DNA of 64,000 nt, from NCBI GenBank assembly GCA_000002435.2, contig CM018792.1; one strand, given 5' to 3'. Within the stretch, counting starts at the first letter, position 1. The number at the start of each line of letters is the position of its first letter. Origin of the DNA: Giardia intestinalis. Its lineage: Eukaryota. The notes below the pieces were generated by a model. It ran no database searches, was not told the DNA's origin, and saw only the letters and a program-made list of their open reading frames with translations. This document shows, piece after piece, positions 17,949 to 27,214 of the stretch. The translations under genes and the position numbers were made by a program.

Positions 17949-20417
17949 CTATGAATACCATGAAGGCGGCAGAGTAAAGAGCATGCACTCTGTGGTACCT
18001 ATTCTAGTACGGTAGAAGTTTAGGGCTCGTTCGGCAGCAGCACTGTCGCCATAGAAAAGAGCGATTCCCTTCGGAGATTCCTGATACGTATCTGGTTGTG
18101 CAATGCTTCTCGATTCAACACTACGCTTGAGCTCTTGTATTCGAAGCTTTTTGAGGGAAACCACCGTACACGGATTTGGAAGGTTGTCTGGTATAAAGCA
18201 AGCTATACTCCTCTGCGCATCTGAAATATCAACAGATTCTGTACTAATCTCGCACTTTAGTGTGTAATTCATAAATTTGGTATCATTCACCGTGCTAGCA
18301 ACACGCGTTGCGTCTTCGTGGTTCGCACAGACTAGAAGCCAAAAGTTGTCATTTCCAAATCCCTTTGCACTAGAGCGAATAATGGGCCCCTTGCTGCGAG
18401 ACAGAACACAGTATTTATTCCATGCTAAAAGATCTAGAAGCTTAAGAGACGCGAGAAACGAGTTCAGATCTTTTGCCTGGGCTGTATTAGCACCTTTTAG
18501 TCGGATACATACGACCTCATTAGAGTGAGGCATAATGTATTCTCTCGAGGGTTGTCCATAGGTGTATCGAGACGGTCTACTCGTCGCAGATCCCTCTCCA
18601 GATGTATATGTTACAGTGCTTGGAGAGGTATTCCATGCTTGATGAGGCCTGTGCTTCCGATAAGCAGAGTTAGTGTTATAATAATGTGCGTCACCTTCTG
18701 GTCGCCCAGGGCCGCTGGCCGTTGTGCTGAGGTGATTACTATAGTTAGCGTAAGTGTTATGACTATGCCCGCCATAGCTGCCATATGATGGTCCATGCGC
18801 ATGGGGCTGATGAGATCCATGAGATAAGTATGGACTGTGCATGGAGTGGTCTATATCCTTGGGCACATGGATCACTCCATACCTTAGAAGTGCCAAAGCT
18901 TGGCTTTCTGTGAAGTGTACGCAATTGGAGAGATGCTTCGATTTGATAAGAAACTGATAGACGGCATCGTTTGGCTGTGTTGACGAATTGATGCTAATGT
19001 GGAATGGGTACATTATATTAACCGATGTCTGCAGAGACACGCGGTATGTGTCCTCCTTTTTTTCTTGTGCTGGCATATTGCTCACAAGATTGGTGACACT
19101 GCAGGGTATTGTTTCTATGGAAAATTTATTTAGAACTAATGGGAAAGCATTTGATTGACCTTCTTTATTGGCACGCTTTTGTTGAAATATATTGTGCAAG
19201 CTTTGAGTAAGATCGGGAGCCATTATATTCAGGAATACAGTGGCTCTCGGTGTCATCGGCCACATGGATACTTGCATGGGTGGGACATACTGGGTAAAGC
19301 CTTTAGTAAGAGATGGATTGTCAAAGAAGTTAATCAAGTAACTAGGAGACTGGGACACGACAGGCGCCTGAGTAGCAAGCTGGGTTTTGGGAGGATGCGC
19401 CACAGCAAACTGGTCGGAAAAGTAGGCTAGCCCCCGATCTAGTTCGCTAATTGATTCAAATAGCAAAAACGATAAGCCATGCAAGGAGTGCCTTATCCGC
19501 TGTACCTTCAAGTCAGGGCAGTGTTGAGACAAATATTCTTGAGTTACATATCTGTCTGCTTCCACTCTAAGAATTAGAGGGCTGTCCATTGTCTCAAAGT
19601 TGGGTATAGTTAGAGTATGGGACATATAAAAGTACAGATACCTCTCGAATGAATCCCTGTACTTGGACAAAAGAATTTTGAGGAGCTCTATGGTTCCGTC
19701 GACTGTTTTTAGCGTTATTCCTGTTTGTGATCGTGTCATGCTACTAGATGACTGGACCAGGGAGCTCTGGTGACTAAGTAGTGGGCTCTGCTTGAGCGTA
19801 GGCTCAATTCCAACGTCTCCAGACACGCTGCTGTGGTCCTTCTTCACACGCTTTTCATGTTGCTTCGCTGTCATGACTGAAAAATTAATGGTCGTCTCAA
19901 TTGCGCTCACAGTGTGCAAAGTTGGAGACGTGGTAAGTGCAGTGAGCTGAGTATTTAGGGGATGCGAAAAGCTACTTAGAAGAGCAGACTTTGCTATATT
20001 CATTACGACAGCTGTTGAAAGAAAAAGAACAGGAAACTTGTAGAGTGGCGACTTGGACAGGGAGACCTCGGTGATAAGGGCGTGATAGGTATCGATATTG
20101 GAGGCGAGCAACAAGGGCTTTTGGCGAAGTATCCGCATACTGGCATCTGCATTGGTGTAGGCGTTGGGGATAGCCGTGTAGATAAAGTCTGCATAATCAA
20201 TATACTTAGAAATGAGCTCGTTTGTCAGCGAGAGAGAGCGAAGCTCTTCGTCTGTAATTCTACAGCGAGGGCGCGTCCGCTGGTGTTCTTGGACCGACTG
20301 CTCCGATGAGCCTTCACTATACGTTACCCGGCACACTCTAAGGACTCTATTATTAAGATCCACTGATGATAATCGATCCATGTTCAAAAAGGAAAGCTCT
20401 AGAACAATGAAGCTCAT
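17949..20417 (-). CDS. Hypothetical protein, 822 aa, with a His/Tyr/Gly/Ser-rich low-complexity segment and RRM-like C-terminal blocks
   Basis: A long clean ORF with protein-like composition. No family was recognised. The sequence …HSPYLSHGSHQPHAHGPSYGSYGGHSHNTYANY… is low-complexity, and GIALFYGDSAAAERALNFY is weakly RRM-like. Confidence 0.5.
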   Translation of the reverse strand: MSFIVLELSFLNMDRLSSVDLNNRVLRVCRVTYSEGSSEQSVQEHQRTRPRCRITDEELRSLSLTNELISKYIDYADFIYTAIPNAYTNADASMRILRQKPLLLASNIDTYHALITEVSLSKSPLYKFPVLFLSTAVVMNIAKSALLSSFSHPLNTQLTALTTSPTLHTVSAIETTINFSVMTAKQHEKRVKKDHSSVSGDVGIEPTLKQSPLLSHQSSLVQSSSSMTRSQTGITLKTVDGTIELLKILLSKYRDSFERYLYFYMSHTLTIPNFETMDSPLILRVEADRYVTQEYLSQHCPDLKVQRIRHSLHGLSFLLFESISELDRGLAYFSDQFAVAHPPKTQLATQAPVVSQSPSYLINFFDNPSLTKGFTQYVPPMQVSMWPMTPRATVFLNIMAPDLTQSLHNIFQQKRANKEGQSNAFPLVLNKFSIETIPCSVTNLVSNMPAQEKKEDTYRVSLQTSVNIMYPFHISINSSTQPNDAVYQFLIKSKHLSNCVHFTESQALALLRYGVIHVPKDIDHSMHSPYLSHGSHQPHAHGPSYGSYGGHSHNTYANYSNHLSTTASGPGRPEGDAHYYNTNSAYRKHRPHQAWNTSPSTVTYTSGEGSATSRPSRYTYGQPSREYIMPHSNEVVCIRLKGANTAQAKDLNSFLASLKLLDLLAWNKYCVLSRSKGPIIRSSAKGFGNDNFWLLVCANHEDATRVASTVNDTKFMNYTLKCEISTESVDISDAQRSIACFIPDNLPNPCTVVSLKKLRIQELKRSVESRSIAQPDTYQESPKGIALFYGDSAAAERALNFYRTRIGTTECMLFTLPPSWYS

Positions 20418-20590
20418 TTAATTTTAAACACCCATTCAGACTTTTCTCAAACGAAGTCCTAATATCAAGAGACTCAGCACTGCACATGAGATCTGTTACC
20501 GGGTGCATGCTGGTGAGGGATAGCCCTATTGCTCATAGACAGACTGGCTAGCTCTTGGCTTTCCTATAGACTTTTCAAAAAATAATTGCA

Positions 20591-22006
20591 TTGTTGGCCG
20601 CCATGAACGCTCACACCGATTTCAAGCCTCCAATTTTGGACGGATCCGGAGTAAGTAATCCCTTTACATGTATCATATGTAGACTCAAATTCAATACTTT
20701 TGAAGATCAGCGGCTGCACTTCAAAACACGATTCCATGCAGAGAATTCCCACCGCAAAGCCAAGGGCCTCCCCCCGCTGACAAACGAAGAGTATATGGAG
20801 CTATTAGAACAGCGGAGTGCAGCTACGCCGCAGCCAGTCAAGAAGGTCAAATATATCTGCGAGCCCTGCGGAAAGTTGTTTTCATCGCAAAATGCCTACA
20901 AGCAGCATGAGCAGTCCACAAAGCACCGAGAAATGGTTATGAAGTTGTGTAGAGAAGGACCTCTACGGAAACCTGTCCTAGGAACTGATGCACAGCTTGG
21001 CGACGCAGTTGATGATGGAAACGTGCGAATAAATTTAGAGATGGCCATACAAGAAATCGTCGATTCCATTCCAACGCTTCCAGCCTTTATCGGAGATGAC
21101 GAGGCCGATAAGTGGGAAAAAATTCAGAAGGCACTTCTCGCTGCTAAATCGGAGGATCAACGCGACGACATCATCTGGGAGAGCATTATTTCCAAACGCC
21201 CCGTTCGACCCGACAATGAATGTTTGTTCTGTGACCATACAGTGGACCAAGCTAAAGATGACTGGTTTACGGAGTTACTGAAGCACATGGAAATACACGG
21301 ATTTATCATCCTGCGAGCCAATTATTGTACAGATCCACAAGGCCTGGTCAACTATATGAGAAAGGAAATATCCCTTACTTGGAGCTGCCTGTTATGCGAG
21401 AGGGGATTCAGATCTGTCGACGCTGTTAAGGGGCACATGCGTGCTGCAGACCATTGTATGTATGAACTTAATGATCAAGCATACGAGTTCTTAGGCTATT
21501 ATGATCATTCTCCAAGCTATCCGGATGGATTCATAGAAGAGGTTCATACTATTGCAGAGACGCCAGAGGAGCTAGAAAGCATGCTGTCTGAGATACGGAG
21601 GACTATGTGGTCTTCATCGCTACCCATTATTGGTCGCACGACTGCTGCTGGGCGCGTTGTATCAGTCAAAGACTACGAGAAAAACTATGCGCCCCAAGTT
21701 CCTGACTGGGCGGTGGAGAAGTATCAGCGTGCACAGATGCTCAAGACCCTACCCTACTATGAACGCGAGATACTAATGCGCAATTTAACAGAGGCACAGA
21801 GGGAAACTGCGTTAGAAAAGGCTCGTGCAGAGGCTGGCCAGCGCATCCAGTCCTGGCTCAAGTCTAAATGGATGGTCGTTAAGGGGCAAATCCTAGGTCC
21901 CTTAGCACGCTATGACCCGCGTGTGCAGGCTCGAGATGCAATGAGTGCAGGTATCAACCATTATAAGAAGTTCTTCAAACGTTCAACCTTGCATATATAC
22001 AACTAG
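20591..22006 (+). CDS. REI1: Pre-60S ribosomal subunit export/biogenesis factor REI1/ZNF622-like C2H2 zinc-finger protein
   Basis: FTCIICRLKFNTFEDQRLHFKTRFHAENSHRKAKGLPPLTNEEY matches the REI1/ZNF622 N-terminal finger (FTC..C...F......R.HY.SDWHRYN.KRK.AG.PP). YICEPCGKLFSSQNAYKQHEQSTKHRE is a second finger. CLFCDHTVDQ…HMEIHGFII…CLLCERGFRSVDAVKGHMRAADHC is the C-terminal finger pair. Confidence 0.75.
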   Translation: MLAAMNAHTDFKPPILDGSGVSNPFTCIICRLKFNTFEDQRLHFKTRFHAENSHRKAKGLPPLTNEEYMELLEQRSAATPQPVKKVKYICEPCGKLFSSQNAYKQHEQSTKHREMVMKLCREGPLRKPVLGTDAQLGDAVDDGNVRINLEMAIQEIVDSIPTLPAFIGDDEADKWEKIQKALLAAKSEDQRDDIIWESIISKRPVRPDNECLFCDHTVDQAKDDWFTELLKHMEIHGFIILRANYCTDPQGLVNYMRKEISLTWSCLLCERGFRSVDAVKGHMRAADHCMYELNDQAYEFLGYYDHSPSYPDGFIEEVHTIAETPEELESMLSEIRRTMWSSSLPIIGRTTAAGRVVSVKDYEKNYAPQVPDWAVEKYQRAQMLKTLPYYEREILMRNLTEAQRETALEKARAEAGQRIQSWLKSKWMVVKGQILGPLARYDPRVQARDAMSAGINHYKKFFKRSTLHIYN

Positions 22007-22012
22007 CTAGCG

Positions 22013-23062
22013 TTACTCCGCTTGTTTCCTATCTCTAAAATAGAAGTAAATGGTCTCTTCTGTCAGAAATACGAGGAAGGTGGCCGTTTCTGCCATGCCT
22101 ATGATCATCCCGTCAGTTCGAAACTCACTGACACGCTCCTTACTACCTTGCTGCTGTGTGGTTACCTCGTTAGAGACTGCCGCGATGGTAATTCGTTCAG
22201 TGCCTGTCGTCCCTCTGGAGTCCAATACATAGAGCGGTTCGTATTTGCTCACCTTACACCATGTGGAAACAGACGCTCCTGTCTTATCTACTGCGCAAAC
22301 TTGGCGCGTATTCAGACCTAAAAGGAATATTCCCGAGTGAGAAAATCGCGAGCAAAGGACCCGCGCGCCGTTCAACGGCAGCCGTGCGAAGGACTTAAAC
22401 ATCACGCTAACAGAGGTATCCTGTTGATAGACGACATCATAAGCAATGAGAGACTGCCTACAAACTAGGTATAGATTGCTACCAGAAAATACACCTGAAA
22501 CAGGAACATCGACATCAATACAGGTCTCAAATAGCAGCGTGGCCTTTTCTACGTCAAAGATAAATAGGTGCGATGCACTCGTGCATAGAACGCCAAGGAG
22601 TTTTCGACCCTTGACAATCCCCGACAGAAAGGCTTTTGCCCCATAACATTCTGTTTGATGGAGCATCGCCAAATAAAGCATTGAGTCTGCCAGTTCTGCA
22701 AGATACACAGCTCCACCAAGCGTGGCTAAGGCAACGTGCTTCTTTGGTGCGTCTGGAAGAGCATGTAGGACGATGATGAGGTCGGAATCTGTAATGGCTT
22801 CCCTTTGGTCTAGAAAAATGAGTTGGAGAGGTTCTATGGCGGTACCAGGGGTTTCTTCCTGCTTTTGAGAGTCTAACTCCTTAATCATGTACACGCTGCA
22901 GCCGTCTGAATACAAAAGAGTGTCCTGGAGGGCAGTACAAAGAGTACATCCACGAATGAAAGTGATGGGCCGAGAAAACCCAGTAGGGCATACAACACCA
23001 TTAAAGTCCATGACTAATTTACCCAAAATTTTAAAGGCTAAAAGCCTTGACATGGGACGCAC
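22013..23062 (-). CDS. Hypothetical protein, 349 aa, possibly a beta-propeller-like fold
   Basis: A clean ORF of plausible composition with no recognisable motifs. Confidence 0.45.
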   Translation of the reverse strand: MRPMSRLLAFKILGKLVMDFNGVVCPTGFSRPITFIRGCTLCTALQDTLLYSDGCSVYMIKELDSQKQEETPGTAIEPLQLIFLDQREAITDSDLIIVLHALPDAPKKHVALATLGGAVYLAELADSMLYLAMLHQTECYGAKAFLSGIVKGRKLLGVLCTSASHLFIFDVEKATLLFETCIDVDVPVSGVFSGSNLYLVCRQSLIAYDVVYQQDTSVSVMFKSFARLPLNGARVLCSRFSHSGIFLLGLNTRQVCAVDKTGASVSTWCKVSKYEPLYVLDSRGTTGTERITIAAVSNEVTTQQQGSKERVSEFRTDGMIIGMAETATFLVFLTEETIYFYFRDRKQAE

Positions 23063-24126
23063 TCCCTTCCGGTGACACAGTTGAGGGGTGCAGTGCCGGC
23101 TGGCGTTGCGCCGAGATTAATGTGTGTGAATGTTCCGATAGTGACACTCTTATTTAAAAGATCTGCCTCCCTTTCAATCAAATTAGGCTTGGTTGCAGTG
23201 ATAGGCGCAGTTTTATCATGAGGCCGTAGATTTGATTTATAATCCGAGTATGCAGTGGGATGGTTACTGGGATGTTGAGGATATACTGTCCTAGATTTAA
23301 TTTGGGTCGAGGTAGGATTGAGGTAGTCTATCTGATCTGCAGTTGCAGCCCGTGTGCGAGCAAGGTTGCTATGTGGGCGAGCATAATAGTCACTATACAT
23401 ATGGTTAATGTTGCGGGAAACAGGGCGCCGCTCATTGTTCATCGGTACGTCCTCCTTCATCCTGGGTCGGTGGTCAGAGTAAGCCAGAGATGGCCTCCAA
23501 CGACAGTTGGACTCTGGCAGGTGCTCCAGTCTTGTCTGCTCGCGGCGCATCTCACATAGCTCTTGCTTGTTCGGAACATACCTAACGTGTGTTGTGGCCC
23601 CCCACCCGGTCATGTCTGGGTGACACATGCGATAGTTAGAAGCACGGAACCTTTGCCCGGCCTGCGACGTTCGAGGAAACGTTGCTGTGAGATCTGGATA
23701 TGGATTCGGCCGAGAAGTCACAGTTTGTGCCCGCTCTATAGCACGCTGACTCCCAATAACCGTCGGCACCGGGTCTCCTCTCTCTGCTGCATCTAAAAGA
23801 GGGTTAATATGGGTGTAAGAATTCGACATGGGAAGCTGCTCTGGTGGCGGATGAAATGATGTAGGTCGGATCATGTAGGAGCGGGGAATAGTCCTTCTGC
23901 TAACATCTTCCATGCTTATGCCCACATTATCAGTTACCGGCTCACACTGCAGTGGCGGGCACGGACTCATTGTCTGTTGATTCCACTGCGGCACATTATC
24001 CGCTGCGTCAAACGAGCCGCATCCACACACCCCGTGAAAGGGATATGGGCACCCGGGTGCATGCCTAGGCTCAACACAATCCATACAGCCACGCGCATTA
24101 GCACAGCACAAAGACCCCGCTTGCAT
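23038..24126 (-). CDS. Hypothetical Cys/His-motif protein, member C of a local paralog array
   Basis: The N-terminal motif reads PRHAPGCPYPFHGVCGCG and aligns with the motifs in members A and B. It overlaps the upstream gene by 25 nt. Confidence 0.5.
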   Translation of the reverse strand: MQAGSLCCANARGCMDCVEPRHAPGCPYPFHGVCGCGSFDAADNVPQWNQQTMSPCPPLQCEPVTDNVGISMEDVSRRTIPRSYMIRPTSFHPPPEQLPMSNSYTHINPLLDAAERGDPVPTVIGSQRAIERAQTVTSRPNPYPDLTATFPRTSQAGQRFRASNYRMCHPDMTGWGATTHVRYVPNKQELCEMRREQTRLEHLPESNCRWRPSLAYSDHRPRMKEDVPMNNERRPVSRNINHMYSDYYARPHSNLARTRAATADQIDYLNPTSTQIKSRTVYPQHPSNHPTAYSDYKSNLRPHDKTAPITATKPNLIEREADLLNKSVTIGTFTHINLGATPAGTAPLNCVTGRECVPCQGF

Positions 24127-24239
24127 TTTTTTCTACAGCATTCCGCGCATGCACTCCCAAGAAAGGTTATAAGCGCACACATAGACAGCCCCAGTTTACA
24201 GTCAAGTGGCAATGCCTCCACAATCGATACCCGAAGAGC

Positions 24240-24959
24240 TTATTCTTTTGCAATACGCTTTATCAACTCTTCCTTTAGATATCGAGCATCTGCGGGATCA
24301 CCGCACTCATAACAAGTAACACCATCTTCCCACTTTGTCGATACAGCGTACTTCTGGATGACGGGTTGAGGCTTGTTGTATGGGCAAAGAGAGAACCCGT
24401 CATCGAATGGCTCAAAGAGCTGATCCTTCTTAGGGGTCACGTCCAGAGTTGTTCGGCCACGTGTCCCAGGAACTTCCTCATTCAGTCTGAAGTTTGATAT
24501 TCGTCCAGGCCAGTGACAAAGGCGAGCTGCTGGAGCAACCGTGGTATGGAGATCCTCGCGTCTATACACGGTTGAGGCAGGTCTTTGATACGCTTCGTGG
24601 CTCTGAATACAACAGATCTTTGTTGGGATAGTGTAGGGGTCTCCACGCAACAACCCCACGCACCCCATGGAGTCTGGTCCAAACGCATGTGTCTCGCAGT
24701 TCTCGCCAGGAATGGGATATTTAAAGTACCTATCTGGACCGATACTATCGCAATGTGGAGGTACTGATGTATGTGCTAGCAGGGGCCTGACCGGTCTGGA
24801 GAAGCTCTTGCAGTCGACAGGTCCAGGCTTCCTCCACCCAGGTGGGCACTCAACATCAGCAGCGCATGTACATACACCTGCGGTATATACTGGGCAGTCT
24901 GATGCATGCTGTGGTCGTTCAGAATAGGTGCTTCTGATGTATTCTGTCGCTTGTCTCAT
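24240..24959 (-). CDS. Hypothetical Cys/His-motif protein, member B of the paralog array
   Basis: The N-terminus reads PQHASDCPVYTAGVCTCA. Internal blocks GDPYTIPTKICC and WPGRISNFRLNEEVP align with member A's RDPYADLPCV and GWGFRNSFELREP. Confidence 0.55.
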   Translation of the reverse strand: MRQATEYIRSTYSERPQHASDCPVYTAGVCTCAADVECPPGWRKPGPVDCKSFSRPVRPLLAHTSVPPHCDSIGPDRYFKYPIPGENCETHAFGPDSMGCVGLLRGDPYTIPTKICCIQSHEAYQRPASTVYRREDLHTTVAPAARLCHWPGRISNFRLNEEVPGTRGRTTLDVTPKKDQLFEPFDDGFSLCPYNKPQPVIQKYAVSTKWEDGVTCYECGDPADARYLKEELIKRIAKE

Positions 24960-25004
24960 TTTTAATTGGCGCGCTTACAGACTCAACAACGTTTACTGAC
25001 TCAC

Positions 25005-25580
25005 TCACAAATGATAGCGAACGCGAACTGGCGCATAACTGCTTGTAGGACGCAGCTTGTCAGATAGGATCGCTGCCGGAACTAATCCTCTGGTTAATGT
25101 TGCAATCTTTCTATTAGCCATATCGTTTAAGGCGTACTTATACGTTTCATACAAATAAGGGCACATAACATTATCTCTATCAAGCGCAAGCTTAAACACC
25201 TGAGTGGGGACCCTGCTGCGTGAAGACGAAGAATGCAACACACGGGTGTAGCCAGCCTGGTAAGAGGGATCAGACTCAGTCAGCAAAGATTCCGGGAGAT
25301 ACTGGTTGTAGTTGTCAATACAAGAATTGCTCCCTTCTTGTAGGTCAATGCCATGTCTGTGCGATGCAAGGTTGGGTTTGCCTGTAATAGGCCCTGTCCA
25401 GTCGACACCAATCACATTAGAAGGTCGCTGAGTTCCATATGCTGTCAATTCTTGAGTGCTTGAAGTACGCACAGGGTCGTTAGTGCCAAGCGGATGAACA
25501 CACGAACAACTTTTCATTTTACTCCTATCACTCACCCCTGTTTCAAGCTTCCTTTGGGCCTCCAAATGGCCAAAACCCAT
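25005..25580 (-). CDS. Hypothetical protein inside the paralog array, 191 aa. Its true start is possibly at Met 22 (25517).
   Basis: An ORF of protein-like composition with CSC and H residues near the N-terminus (KMKSCSCVHPLG). The start in the ORF track overlaps the neighbouring gene by 38 nt. Confidence 0.4.
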   Translation of the reverse strand: MGFGHLEAQRKLETGVSDRSKMKSCSCVHPLGTNDPVRTSSTQELTAYGTQRPSNVIGVDWTGPITGKPNLASHRHGIDLQEGSNSCIDNYNQYLPESLLTESDPSYQAGYTRVLHSSSSRSRVPTQVFKLALDRDNVMCPYLYETYKYALNDMANRKIATLTRGLVPAAILSDKLRPTSSYAPVRVRYHL

Positions 25581-26196
25581 TTTGGACTCCGTTGCGGCCG
25601 CTAACTCCTGCTGGCTTAAAGAATGTGCCGCAGAAGGAGTTCTCCTTTTGCAAAATCTCGAGGTATTCCTTTGTATAATCTCTTGGCTCCCTCAGCTCGA
25701 AGGAATTTCGAAAGCCCCAGCCATATGGCGGTTCCCTCTGCGGGATCTTGTGTGGGACGATTACCCTTTCTCCTTGATAGGTCCTCATAACGCAAGGTAG
25801 GTCAGCATATGGATCTCTTCCGTAGAGCTCTTTTGGGCGATGACGAGTCATCCGAGCTTTGCATTGAGCTCTCTCTTGCTCTGATATGCGGAGCATGTTA
25901 CACCAACATTGCGGATCATCAGTCCACGCTCGATCACACAAGTGAGGGGAATGGCCCGTATCTCTTTGATGTGTAGATAAGCTAGAAGAGTAACGAGGCT
26001 CTAATCCCATGGGATCACGCCACATCTGCTCTCTGTCGAACATGTATGCCAAGTTCCGCGTCTGTGGAGGCAGATTGGTAGTAGGCATCTTATTTCCAAT
26101 ACCACAGGTGCAATCTTCGTTTTTATAGTACAGGCAGTCCCGTGCGTGCATAGATAGGTGACGGATCTTCGATCTGTTATACGCGGCAGTGCTCAT
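25543..26196 (-). CDS. Hypothetical Cys/His-motif protein, member A of the paralog array
   Basis: The N-terminus reads SMHARDCLYYKNEDCTCG. See the finding at 23038-26929 for the alignment. Confidence 0.55.
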   Translation of the reverse strand: MSTAAYNRSKIRHLSMHARDCLYYKNEDCTCGIGNKMPTTNLPPQTRNLAYMFDREQMWRDPMGLEPRYSSSLSTHQRDTGHSPHLCDRAWTDDPQCWCNMLRISEQERAQCKARMTRHRPKELYGRDPYADLPCVMRTYQGERVIVPHKIPQREPPYGWGFRNSFELREPRDYTKEYLEILQKENSFCGTFFKPAGVSGRNGVQNGFWPFGGPKEA

Positions 26197-26260
26197 TCAG
26201 GTCTCCGGTAATCTGTATCTTTTTGCTGCATTTACTAATAAAATTAGGCTTCTATATAAA

Positions 26261-26929
26261 TTACATCTCACGGACTACATCCCCAATGGGGCAATGTGCC
26301 CTACGGAATCCGCCATCACGCTCTGGATGCGGCGACATGCTATATCCATAGACTATCTGATTTTTAGTATCAGCATAGAATGCCTGATAGCCTTTTCGCT
26401 CAACACTTGATGGAGTCTGACTTACTGGTGAAGAGCTCAAGCCCACTGTGGCCCTACTAGGCTCTGGGTTAGATTGAGATCTCCTTGCCACCAGCGCTCG
26501 TATGGGCGGCAATTGAACATCAGGTTTGACTCTAGAGTAGCCCGCATCCAACTGTTCAAAGATGCTATGTTTCTGCAACGACCTTACTGGTTTTCCAGGA
26601 TTGGTGCATACGTTGATTAGCTTGGCGTTGGGAGTTTTATTATGTTCTAGGGATTTTAAGGACATTGAGGCAGAGTTAGAACGACATAGTCGTGGAAGCT
26701 CAAAAGTGTCGTTGAGGGGCGAGCAACTTGGCGCATTTCGCTGATTGGAATAACTTCGAGATGGGATTGTTGTGGTATCTTGACCGGCGCTGTTCTTGAC
26801 AGGCTGTGGAGCAATCTTAGCTTGTACACTCTGGTTTGTAGTATGGCGCAGAGCCCGAAGAACAGGATCAGCTGGCGTCTGTGTGATAAGCTTCATAGCA
26901 CCATTATTGCACCCGCTTACAACACGCAT
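26261..26929 (-). CDS. Hypothetical protein, 222 aa. Its C-terminus (…RRAHCPIGDV) resembles the HA-x-C-P motif of the array.
   Basis: A clean S/P-rich ORF on the same strand, immediately upstream of member A. Confidence 0.4.
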   Translation of the reverse strand: MRVVSGCNNGAMKLITQTPADPVLRALRHTTNQSVQAKIAPQPVKNSAGQDTTTIPSRSYSNQRNAPSCSPLNDTFELPRLCRSNSASMSLKSLEHNKTPNAKLINVCTNPGKPVRSLQKHSIFEQLDAGYSRVKPDVQLPPIRALVARRSQSNPEPSRATVGLSSSPVSQTPSSVERKGYQAFYADTKNQIVYGYSMSPHPERDGGFRRAHCPIGDVVREM

Positions 26930-27214
26930 TTTTATTAATCTTTAGGCGTTGCTTTTGAAAGAAGTCGTAATGGCGCCTCCTTATGTAAAGTATATCTAAG
27001 TGTATTATGCATTAAACAGAGTCAGTCGATGAAGTTAGTTATTAGGGCAGTAAGCGTTTCCTCTTTATTACTGTCAATTAAAAGCTCCATTTCTCGTTCT
27101 AGTGCAAGGCTTTGTTGTCGCTATGCTGTTATTTAAGGCACTTTGCAATCTATTAAACATTGTGATTAACCAACAACCCATAGGATCTTCCTACAACTTG
27201 TGGAAGAATTAAGT

